Shown here: one piece after another, positions 13,512 through 24,469 of the stretch
Numbering within the stretch: position 1 is the first letter of the stretch
Layout: every line of letters begins with the position of its first letter
Assembly (NCBI RefSeq): GCF_002113885.1
Contig: NW_018404144.1
Coordinates: forward strand, 86,783 to 150,782
Reading direction: 5' to 3'
Length of the DNA: 64,000 nt
Origin: Mizuhopecten yessoensis
Lineage: Eukaryota
The notes under the pieces: generated by a model
Seen by the model: only the letters and a program-made list of their open reading frames with translations
The model's database searches: none
Told to the model about the DNA's origin: nothing
Translations under genes and position numbers: made by a program

Positions 13512-13918
13512 ATAAAATCTCTCACTTTTTTGGGGTGAGATAGGGGAATCTCAACCCGAGAGGGAAGATTCTTAAGTTGCAAAACGCGAGGCTTTGCCGA
13601 GTGTTTGGCAACTTAAGAATCTTTCCCTGAGGGTTGTGATTCCCCTATCCCACCCACAAGAGGGTGAATGATGCTTTTCCTCTGACCCTGTTCACCCATT
13701 GTTTATCATATACAAAATGTAATGTTAACGTTACAGGAAAATTCAGGGTTAATGTCAGGTGACGATGATGGATTGTTGAAGTGACGTCTTTGAATGTTTG
13801 AAGTGCCGTATACCATTGATAAGGAATAGGGTAATCCCCCGGTCTCAACCCTAGAGTGAGACAAGGAAATCTCACACCGATAGAAGTGCGGATACACCTG
13901 GCAAGGGTAAGAGAATAA
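13512..13918. mobile_element. Long-hairpin element, unit 1 of a tandem dimer (Crypton-like)
   Basis: Palindrome about 13522-13667, loop CGAGGCTTTGCCGAG; internal/terminal inverted pair TTCCTCTGACCCTG / AAGGGTAAGAGAA. Confidence 0.7.
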
Positions 13919-14680
13919 TAGAATATCTCAACCCCTTTGGGGCGAAATAGGGGAATCTCAATCCGAGGGGGAGGATTCTTAAGTTGCCAAACACTCGGCA
14001 GAGCCTCGTGTTTGGCAACTTAAGAATCTTTCCCTGGGTGTTTAGATTCCTCTTTCCTACCAACAAAGAGGTGAATGATTCTTTTCTCTTACCCTGTTCT
14101 CCTATTGTGTATTATATACACAATGTAATGATAACGTTACATGCTAAATTCAGGGTTGACGTGTCTTTGATGGATTGTTGACGTGACGTCATTGTATTAT
14201 TGAAGTGACGTCATACCATTGTTATGAATAGGGAATCCCCTCGTCTCAAACCTAGGGTGAGACATAGAGAATAATACATGCCTTTTCAATATCACACCCA
14301 GTATCAACCCGAGACTGCAATATCAGCCCAAGGGCCGAAGGCCCGAGGGCTGATATTGGTCGAGGGTTGATATTGGGTGTGATATGGAAAAAGGCGTGTT
14401 TTATTCTGTTTATGACATACTTACTAATAAAAGCTACTATCTTCTGATTTATTTTTATTTTTGGAATATTGAAAAACGAAAAAAAATCACAAAAGGGTTG
14501 TGGTATGGGTTTTGCGGGCTGATACGGGTTTTGGGGTGTGATACGGCGAGGGCTGATATGGGTTAGAGCAAATTGTGTCGTATCGCATATACAAAAACCC
14601 CGTATTTATTAGTAAGTATGTAATGAAGGAAATATCACACCGGTAATAATGCGGATACACCTGTCCAGGGTAAGAAAAAT
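13919..14680. mobile_element. Long-hairpin element, unit 2 of the dimer (interrupted at about 14266-14625)
   Basis: Direct diverged copy of unit 1; loop CTCGGCAGAGCCTCG; TTCTCTTACCCTG (14084) / CAGGGTAAGAAAA (14666); sequence resumes AAGGAAATATCACACC after the nested insert. Confidence 0.7.
14266..14625. mobile_element. Nested long-hairpin element of a different family
   Basis: Palindrome about 14270-14408 centred on GGGCC-GAA-GGCCC; perfect 17-bp inverted pair ACATACTTACTAATAAA (14415-14431) / TTTATTAGTAAGTATGT (14605-14621). Confidence 0.7.
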
Positions 14681-16179
14681 ACATGTCTATAAAAACCTGG
14701 CATGCACTGGGGATATACAGTAATCTGCCGAAGAATAGAACATACCTGTCTATAAAAACCTGGCACGCACTGGGGACATAATCTGCAGACGAACAGGACA
14801 TACGTATACCTGTCTATAAAAACCAGGAACACACTGGGGATATAATCTTCAGACGACCCCGGCACACACCTGTGATATAATCTGCATACGAAAAGGCCTT
14901 ACCTGTCTACAAAAGCCCGACACACGCTGGGGATATAATCTGCTGGCCAGCAGATGCATCCCCATATAATACTGATCTGCTGGTCAACAGAAAACACCTG
15001 TCTATAAAAAGCTGGCAGACATTTGATTGATATATATGTATATTTTCTACTGAAAACGGGATATGCATCTTTCCACAAACACTGGTGTCATGGATTAGTC
15101 CGTGATGCTAACCGTGAGGTTCATGTACAACATTCCGTTATGATGTTGGAACACCAGTGATATAGTTACAACATTTTGATGTTAAGGGATTCATGGCATG
15201 AGGGGATAATTTCTATGTAGCAACATGTGATGCCGAAACTCGATCGGTTAAATATCTAACGTTGGAGACGATGCTGGTAGAGTTGCTGACATTAAGCAAG
15301 GAGCTCTTAGGTGGAATACATCAATGCAATATCAATTAATATCGATTTGTCTTATAAACTGTTAAAATACACGTGGAAGGAAGTGACTCACATGCCCGAG
15401 CGCGTCACATGTACTGTTGATGTTTTTGTCATTTATTTTGTATAATTGCTTCAATGTAGAGCAATCACGCGAGGAACGATAGAAACCCCGATGTAAAACG
15501 AAATATGGCACTTGGGCTTAATGAACCGGATATGCAGTTTGTACTAGCAAAATACATTGGTTAGTTGAATAATTAATACTGTAGTTTATAAACATAATCT
15601 CTGCTATATACGAGAATTTTAGATAGAAATACAACCAATGATATACACAGAAATTGTACACAGCGATTTCACGTACATGTAATAGTACTGGGTTTCAAAA
15701 GCCATGCAGTGTTAATTCTGCATGCAAAAGGGTTCCAAACGTTATGTGTAATATTGCCTTGGATTTTTTTTACCACCTACCTGTGTTAAAGTTTCCAAAA
15801 TAATCACTGGCACCGCGGCCTCTGTGTTGTGAAGGCTAGGACGTGGACACCATGTTATCCCAGTAAATACCACGGGATACGTTGTCACTGCAACACACAC
15901 GGAGCGCGAGTATAACACTACTCAAACCACCGTCTCCAGCCACGGTGATCCAGGCGCCAGCTGATCTCAGTCCGTCCCTCCCTACGCCAAACCCTCCGTA
16001 CAGCTGAATACCGGCTGATTCACTATTTTGAGTGTTTATTGGGTGTCATACCCCACGGATGCACCTGTACGAGCCAGGGGATATTATTTTAATTCAATAA
16101 TAATGATTTATAATAAACCAAACAATTCAGTGATAACGTAAATTATATTTCCTGTATTAATATTACTCCATACTTAACT

Positions 16180-16810
16180 TTCTATATTATTCTGTACTAC
16201 TATTCTCTTTATTTGTATTATCCGGTTCTATATTCTCTTTATTTAACCCCGTTCTTTATTTGTATGACTCTGTTCTGTATTTTCTGTATTTGAATTACCC
16301 GGTTTTAAATTCTCTGTAATTCTCTGTATTTCACCCCGTTCTAAATTCTCTGTATTTCACCCGGTTCTATATTCTCTGTATTCACCCTGTTCTACCGTTC
16401 TATATTCTCTGTATTTCGTCCTGTTCTACCGTTCTATATTCTCTGTATGTCACTCCGTATATTTTATGCATCTGTATTACCCCGTAATTGTTCTCCATTT
16501 CGTCTCGTTTAATTTTTTTGTATTTTTATTACCCCGTTCTATATTCTCTGTATTCACCCTGTTCTACCGTTCTATATTCTCTGTATTTACCCTGTTCTAC
16601 CGTTCTATATTCTCTGTATTCACCCTGTTCTACCGTTCTATATTCTCTGTATTTCACCCTGTTCTACCGTTCTATATTATCTGTATGTCACCCCGTATAT
16701 TTTATGCATCTGTATTACCCCGTAATTGTTCTACATTTCGTCTCGGTTTTTTCTATTTGTATTACTCCGTTCTTGTTCTCTGTATTTCACCGTGGTCTCT
16801 GTATTTGCTA
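16180..16810. repeat. Pyrimidine-rich minisatellite (24-33 bp units)
   Basis: Unit TTCTATATTCTCTGTATTCACCCTGTTCTACCG; block about 16440-16530 recurs at about 16680-16770. Confidence 0.85.
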
Positions 16811-16849
16811 GCTCTTCTTTGTTTTCCTCGGTAATCTCTATTCATTATG

Positions 16850-17470
16850 CTGTATTGATGTTTAGAAAAACACCTACATTTGCATTCATATCTTGTTGTT
16901 TTTATATGCTCTTCAACATACACTTCTCAAGACGAAATTGAATTTCAGTACCGTCGTCTTGCGATTGTGCATGTACATTGTTGATGATTGAGAGGCAATA
17001 TGAAAATATTGATTTAAACACATAAACATCCAAATTCTTATTTTATCTCATTTCTCTTGCAATGAATACGTGGGCGCACATCAGTCGTTCTAAAGATATT
17101 GTGCAGCATTCAAGCAGACATACTAGATTATTTTTTGTCGCTCTTGCGTGGTAGGTTTCTATACATAACTGGTAACATAACTTTCTATAACTCATTTTAA
17201 TCAAACGCAGATAGGCTTTCTGTCCTCGACTGTAGTCAATAAACCATGATCGCCACAGATGTGATAAAACACGTGAGAAACGGGAGAGGAGGGAAGGTTA
17301 GTTGTCTTACTGAGTTATATAACAGTAGCGCTAACACACATCCACCTTTACACCAGACTGAGATTGACAGGTTTTCCATATCATACCATTTCTTTTATCG
17401 CTCATTCCATGTTTGTCTTTTTCACATTAAACCTTCTGGTTGGACGAGAGGTCGAGTTGATAGCACTTAC
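16850..17470 (+). repeat. Segmental duplication copy B (partial)
   Basis: Direct match to about 9340-9975 (e.g. GCAATGAATACGTGGG, GACTGTAGTCAATAAACCATG, AACGGGAGAGGAGGGAAGGT); inverted match to about 18580-19200. Confidence 0.85.
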
Positions 17471-17529
17471 ACTAAACTTTGATTTGATATATTTTACGTT
17501 AAGTTCTTTTTACCACATGTACCCCTTTT

Positions 17530-19890
17530 TGTTTGTCCAACATCAATCGTGTAATGTTTGTCTTGTAGGATTAGTTTTTTTTTTATTCAATCGATTTATT
17601 CATATGATTCACTGTTATATTGAATAATACACAAGTTTTCTTAGTATTTCAACAACGTGAACGCTTATTAAAAGAATAATTGTTTGAACATTTCAATGTA
17701 ACGAACGCGCCTGAAAAAGAACCTTGACACTACAGCAATTAAAACGAAAATAGCAATCCATGCAGCTTCAAGGAATAGCATTTCAGAATACTGGGTATAG
17801 AATAAGATGTAAAGGAATTTTTCTTCGACTAAAATGCTAAGTGATGGTAGATGGACTGTATGTTCCTGGAATGTCTGCTCCTATGTGACTCTTGTGTATT
17901 ACCATGGCGGTATACAGTATGTTTTGGTGATGTTGATCTGTTCGTGGTGAATCTTGCAATACTTTGTCATCCTCGCTTGTGTCCACCTACCATTAAGTGG
18001 AGTCTCTACAGGGGTTAGATCATATCGGTAACGTTATATTAGCAGATGACATAAAAGCGTTGAGAATGTATTGTAAAGTATAGTGGCGGTCCTTCCTCTT
18101 CACTTAACCCTTTTACATCAGGAGCACGACTACTTATGCAGCTAACTACAAGAACCTACTATTGTACACCCTTCCCCAAACACACACCCACACACACACC
18201 CACACACACAACCACCACCAGAAAAACCTAGGGTACTAAATAACTTCTTAGATTTAAAACACTAAAGAATAACTACATTATGTATGTAAACCTTTAAATA
18301 AGTGTACACGTTGATTTACGGTAAATGTATATTTAAGAACTCCAAGTGACACAAAACAACAATAGTGTTATCTTAAAGCAACAATTTAAGTTCAATCAAG
18401 CTTAATGTTTTCGAACAATGATTAAATGAAGCGATCCAGGCGTTGCAGTAATTCGGAACCTTATTATTTTGCTATGGTATGGTGAACAATTGAATAATTT
18501 ATAACATCAAATGTCGTGCGGTAATACGAGCACACAATTGATGTAAGACAAGCAAAACTGAGGTGGTAAACACGATTTTGAACGGTTAGGTGTGAAATAA
18601 ACGTACTTGATCACTCAGCATGGAATATGCCATAAAAGAAATGGTATGATACGGACAATCTTACACTACCAGTCCGGTGTATAGATGGATGTGTGTTGGT
18701 GCTATTGTTACATTATATACCTCATTAGGACATCGAGCCTTCCCACTCTCCCGTTTCTCACGTGTTTATCACATCTGTCATGTTCATGGTTTACTGACTA
18801 CAGTCAAGGACAGAGAGCCCATCTACATTTAATTAAACTGAGTTAAAGAAAGTTTTGTTACCATTGATGTATAGTAACCTAACTCGCTAGAGAACAAAAA
18901 ATCAATCTAGTATATTAAACACCAGCCGAGACATAAGTGACAAAAGCATGAATGCTGCATAATATCTTCAGAATGACTGGTGTGTTCCCATTGCAAGAGA
19001 AGATGAGATAAAAAAAATCTGTTATATATGGATGTTACTTTGTTTCAATCAATAATTTCATATTGCCTTTAAATCTTTAACAATGCACAATTCCAAGTGC
19101 AAGACGCCAGGGAATAGAAATTAAATTTCGTCTTGGAAGTGAATGATGAGGAGCATATCAAAATAAATAAGACATGAATGCCTGTGTAGGTACATGTATA
19201 GTACTTTATAAAGAATTTCATAGAATATTGAAATTAAAAATGCCAAATGAAATATTGTGTAAGATATTCATTTTTTTCCATTGCAACATTTAGATTGATA
19301 ATTTAAGCACTCTATTCTTCTTTTCCTTCTTGTAATCCTGTTATCATTAAGCATTTATTATGTTACACTTGCACATAGGGAGCACGACTATTAGGTTTAG
19401 GGTTATCTAACTTTCCATAACCCTTTCGACAACCAACCATCCCTAAGTAACATAACAACTCTCTATATCTAGATAACAACCATATGAAGCATACAGGTAA
19501 CTTTACGCACACCTTTACGTTTACCGTAGTTTAATAAACTCCGACTCATCAGACACTCTCCCAATCCTCTCATAGTATATATATGTAGCATAACATTACA
19601 TGTAGACCTATGTCTGAATCCTGGATATCAGAATAATAAACAGTAATTAAGTACCAACACTATATGAAATGTATAGCTCTCACAATAGATAAATCTAGAA
19701 ATACACTATTAACTATGTCTCCATAGGATAGGACAAGTGTAAACACCGAAACAAAAATTGACTTATCTAAGTTAAACTCTTTCCAATAAATACCAATATC
19801 CTTAAATATAGATTCCCGTATCCTGCCATTAAGGAGTTGCTTCCAATACCCTAACATGTACAATATAAACATAATAACAGACTTCAGCGA
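17530..19890 (-). repeat. Segmental duplication copy C (inverted relative to A, no Gypsy insert)
   Basis: Reverse complement aligns to both flanks of the Gypsy fragment in copy A. Confidence 0.85.
17711..17790 (-). pseudogene. Candidate transmembrane-helix exon (copy C)
   Basis: Pyrimidine tract plus CAG acceptor, YSEMLFLEAAWIAIFVLIAVVSRFFF, then AG|GCGCGT (GC donor or mutated GT). Confidence 0.5.
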
Positions 19891-20489
19891 GGGGTATTTC
19901 AATGCTCCATCATATCCCTCATTCCCAAGGTGATAGGTTAACATCAACGGGGCAACACACGAGCTTAACGGTGTAACACCAAAACAGCACCACACCCGTC
20001 GCTCACAACGTAGATACCGTCGAACTAGCATAACAATCGATCCACATTGGTTCTGAATTAAAATTTCCATTAAATAACAAACATACTCCATATAAATTAC
20101 ACTTCATTCTACAAATTGTTTGGTGCTTCCAATATACACACGAAACAAAACGCCAAAGTGGTCTTGATTGGCAAAATTTTATGATAGAGGTGGCCGCCCC
20201 CTGTGCGCATTTGCATCATTTATATCACATTACGTATATTTACATAACATTGGTTTCCCTCGCTCTCCCCACACGTCTTCCATCCTCAGCTAACGATTTA
20301 ATAAAGACAGTTAAGGTATTCTTACGTGACTGTTACTCATCTGGAACCTTTCAAATGCTTCAGCAAGAAAATATTCTGGATCAGCTTGATGTAATCAGAC
20401 CATTTTTACACTGCGATCTTTCCACGACGTGAGATGCAGAAACAGAAACTACAAGAAAAATACATACTGTACCATATTTTTTTATATGG

Positions 20490-20720
20490 TCTTGCTGCTC
20501 AGCTCCTGACAATGTTAAGTCGCCTTATGACTTCCTGGAGATAAGAATTCCAATTAAGCTCTTGCCTGTTGTACAGGAGAGGTCTCGTAAGAGTCATATA
20601 TGCGCTCTCTTTAACCTGACTGACCTAGAGTTCAGGCTCAATTTCTTCCAGATGCCTGACGGTTTTATTACTTTTGTTGCACACATTTTCGACGTGATTG
20701 CCCCGATGATAGCAATGTCT
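20490..20720 (-). mobile_element. Ancient CR1/L2-group LINE relic (region C-terminal to RT)
   Basis: Frameshifted pieces HVENVCNKSNKTV.., VKESAYMTLTRPLL.., WNSYLQEVIRRLNIVRS*AAR follow the typical AYxxLVRPxLEY..W.PY..LE.VQRRAAR pattern. Confidence 0.6.
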
Positions 20721-20924
20721 TTTCGAATTACATTTTTATTACGGTACCACGTCCTTTCTGACTGCTGTCAAGGTCAGGTCATTTTAGCTGCTGTTAATGA
20801 TATTCATTTTATTCAGTTTCACCCTCTCGGATCAGCTTTTGTTTAGTTTTTTCTCATTTCCCGTTCTTGTCTTTGCGAACAGCCATTAAATTTAGCTTTG
20901 TCCTTGTGTGAAGACTAAGTATTA

Positions 20925-23810
20925 ACACGCCTTGTGAGTAAACAGTGTGGTGACGCTCTGTGTCAGAAGACAGTGTGGTGACGCTCCTTATAGGTAGACA
21001 GTGTGGTGACGCACCTTGTGAATAAACAGTGTGGTGACATTCCTTGTCAGTAGATGGTTGGTGACGCTCTTTGTAAGTAGACAGTATGGATACACTCCTT
21101 GTGTGTAGACAGTGTGGTGACGCGTTTTTGTGAATAGACAGTGTGGTGACGCTCCTTGTGAGTAGATAGTGTATTGACGCTCATTGTGAGTTGACGGTGT
21201 GGTGACTTACATTGTCAGTAAACATAGTGGTGCGCTCCTTGTGAGTTATTAGTTTGGTGAAGCTCCTTGTGAGTAGACAGTGTGGTGACGCTCCTTGTGA
21301 GTAGACAGTGTGGTGACGTTCCTTGTGAGTTGACAGTTTTATGACGCTCCTTGTGAGTAGACAGTGTGATGACGTTCCTTGTGAGTAGACAGTATGGTTT
21401 CTCTCATTGTGAGTAGACAGTGTGATGACGTTCCTTGTGAATAGACAATTGTGTGACACTCCTTTTGAGTTGATAGTTTTATGACGCTCCTTGTGAGTAG
21501 ACAATGTGATGACGTTCATTGTGAGTAGACAGTGTGATGACGTTCCTTGTAAGTAGACAGTGTGATGACGTTCCTTGTGAGTAGACAGTGTGATGCCGTT
21601 TCTTGTGAGTAGACAGTGTGATGCCGTTCCTTGTGAGTAGACGGTGTGATGCCGTTTCTTGTGAGTAGACAGTGTGTTGACGTTCCTTGTGATTAGACAG
21701 TGTGGTGACGTTCCTTGTGAGTAGACAGTGTGGTGACGTTCCTTGTGAGTAGACAGTGTGGTTACGTTCCTTGTGAGTAGACAGTGTGATGCCGTTCCTT
21801 GTGAGTAGACAGTGTGGTGACGTTCCTTGTGAGTAGACAGTGTGGTGACGTTCCTTGTGAGTAGACAGTGTGGTTACGCTCCTTGTGAGTAGACAGTGTG
21901 ATGCCGTTCCTTGTAAGTAGACAGTTGTGTGACATTCCTTGTGAGTTGAAAGTTATATGACGCTCCTTGTGAGTTGACAGTGTGGTGACGTTCCATGTAA
22001 GTAGACAGTGTGGTGACGTTCCTTGTGAGTAGACAGTGTGATGACGTTCCTTGTGAATAGACAGTTGTGTGACACTCCTTGTGAATTGACAGTTTTATGA
22101 CGCTCCTTGTGAGTAGACAGTGTGATGACGTTCCTTGTGAGTAGACAGTTGTGTGATGTTCCTTGTGAGTAGACAGTGTGGTGACGTTTCTTCTGAGTAG
22201 ACAGTGTGATGACGTTCCTTGTAAGTAGACAGTTGTGTTACACTCCTTGTGAGTTGACAGTTTTATGACGTTCCTTGTCAGTAGACATTGTGATGACGTT
22301 CCTTGTTAGTAGACAGTGTAATGACGTTCCTTGTGAGTAGACAGTGTGGTGACGTTCCTTGAGAGTAGACAGTGTGGTGACGGTCCTTGTGAGTAGACAG
22401 TGCGATGACGTTCCTTGTGAGTAGACAGTTGTGTGACACCCCTTGTGAGTAGACAGTGTGGTGACACTCCTTGTGAGTTGACAGTTTTAGGACGCTCCAT
22501 GTGAGTTGACAGTGTGATGACGTTCCTTGTGAGTAGACAGTATGATGACGTTCCTTGTTATTAGACAGTGTAATGACGTTCCTTGTGAGTAGACAGTGTG
22601 GTGACGTTCCTTGTGAGTAGACAGTGTGGTGACGGTCCTTGTGAGTTGACAGTGCGATGACGTTCCTTGTGAGTAGACAGTTTGGTTTCTCTCATTGTGA
22701 GTAGACAGTGTGATGACGTTCCGTGTGAGTAGACAGTGTGATGACGTTCCTTGTGAATAGACAATTGTGTGGCACTCCTTTTGAGTTGATAGTTTTATGA
22801 CGCTCCTTGTGAGTAGACAATGTGATGACGTTCATTGTGAGTAGACAGTGTGATGACGTTCCTTGTAAGTAGACAGTGTGATGACGTTCCTTGTGAGTAG
22901 ACAGTGTGATGACGTTTCTTGTGAGTAGACAGTGTGTGCACGTTCCTTGTGATTAGACAGTGTGATGACGTTCATTGTGAGTAGACAGTGTGATGACGTT
23001 CCTTGTAAGTAGACAGTGTGATGACGTTCCTTGTGAGTAGACAGTGTGATGACGTTTCTTGTGAGTAGACAGTGTGTTGACGTTCCTTGTGATTAGACAG
23101 TGTGGTGACGTTCCTTGTGCGTAGACAGTGTGATGACGTTCCTTGTGAGTAGACAGTGTGGTGACGCTCCTTGTGAATAGACAGGTTTATGACGCTCCTT
23201 GTGAGTAGACAGTGTGATGACGTTCCTTGTGTGTAGACAGTGTGGTGACGCTCCTTGTGAATAGACAGTTTTATGACGCTCCTTGTGAGTAGACAGTGTG
23301 ATGACGTTTCTTGTGAGTAGACAGTTTGTTTTCTCTCATCGTAAGTAGACAGTGTGATGACGTTCCTTGTGAGAAGACAGTGTGATGACGTTTCTTGTGA
23401 GTAGACAGTGTGTTGACGCTCCTCGTGAGTTGACAGTTTATGACGCTCCTTGTAAGTAAACAGTTTCGTTTCTCTAATTGTGAGTAGATAGTGTGATGAC
23501 GTTCGTTGTGAGTAGATAGTGCGGTGACGTTCCTTGTGAGCAGATAGTGTGGTGTGGTTCATTCTTAGTAGACGTTGTTATGACGCTCCTTTTGAGTAGA
23601 TAGTTCTGTGACTCTTTTTGTGAGTAGATAGTTTTGGTTACTCTCATTGTGAGAAGACAGTTTGGTGACGCTCCTTATGAGTAGACAGTTTGGTTACTTT
23701 CATTGCGAGTAGACAGTTGTGTGACTCTCATTGTGATTAGACAGTTTTGGCTACTCTCATTGTGAGTAGACAGTTTGGTGACGCTCCTTGTGAGTAGACA
23801 GTTTGGTTAC
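20925..23810. repeat. 28-bp minisatellite, about 100 copies (left of Gypsy insertion)
   Basis: Unit GTGAGTAGACAGTGTGATGACGTTCCTT with variant blocks duplicated (about 21390-21600 vs 22680-22900). Confidence 0.97.
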
Positions 23811-23986
23811 TGTAATGTCCATCTTATATAATCAGTTCTTTAGTATGTACCCAACCGGAACACCGGAAGTAACTCTTTACTAATAAAGTGAGTAATGAAA
23901 GAACCAGCATGGTCTCCAGAGTTGTGTGTTCGTTATCTATAAATCTACTTTGAAATATATCGGCTATCATCAGAGTCGTTACCACA
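23811..23986 (+). repeat. 5' LTR (176 bp)
   Basis: TGTAATGTCC..AATAAA..GTTACCACA; about 6-7 substitutions and a 4-bp indel versus the 3' LTR. Confidence 0.95.
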
Positions 23987-23987
23987 T

Positions 23988-24440
23988 TTGGCGACGAGGA
24001 AAACCTTGGATAAACTCCCAGCGTTTCCACCATTTGATTCGGACGTCGACAAGTCGAGTGCCGGCCCCAGATGGGAGAGATGGCTTAACAGACTTGAAAA
24101 CCTCTTCGTAGCAATGGAGCTAGACGATGACACTCGTCGGAGAGCCCTACTCCTCCACTACGAAGGAGATAAAGCATACGACTATGTGAAGCTCAAAAAG
24201 GAAAATCAGAAACTACATATGTTGCTACGAAACAGGTATTGTCGCCATATTTTAAACCGAGAAAGAACACACAAATTGAAGTTTACAACTTCCGCTAGTG
24301 CGCACAGAAAGAAGGGCAATCTTTGGACGAATTTGTTACAGATCTTAGAAAATTGGCGAAAGACTGTGAGTTTACAAATATAGACAAAGAATTCCTTACA
24401 CAGGTGATGCTGAACTGTAAATTAAACCAGCTAAGGCGAC
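23988..24440 (+). pseudogene. gag: Disrupted gag
   Basis: FPPFD..AGPRWERWLNRLENLFVAM..RRRALLLHYEG, frameshift, then YFKPRKN..EVYNFR*CAQKEGQSLDEFVTDLRKLAKDCEF; typical Mag-clade gag. Confidence 0.85.
23989..24000 (+). promoter_or_regulatory. Primer binding site, complementary to the 3' end of tRNA-Ser(GCT)
   Basis: TGGCGACGAGGA 2 nt after the LTR; complement of the conserved metazoan tRNA-Ser(GCT) end ..TCCTCGTCG-CCA. Confidence 0.8.
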
Positions 24441-24469
24441 GTTTTTAAAGACAAAAAAAAACAACCTGT

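Larger units (their letters stand above)
13310..15020. repeat. Degenerate satellite of about 60 bp, split by hairpin elements at 13512-14680
   Basis: Motif ACCTGTCTATAAAAACCTGGCACGCACTGGGGATATAATCTGC recognisable at 13310-13510 and 14680-15020. Confidence 0.65.

Noticed and set aside
19660-20091. 143-aa minus-strand ORF in duplication copy C
   Set aside because: The homologous frame in copy A (about 8520-8640) hits a stop and diverges mostly by replacement changes; no recognisable domain.
20925-23810. CRISPR-like appearance of the 28-bp array (also the 31-, 35- and 70-bp arrays)
   Set aside because: Units are contiguous with no unique spacers; no cas genes.
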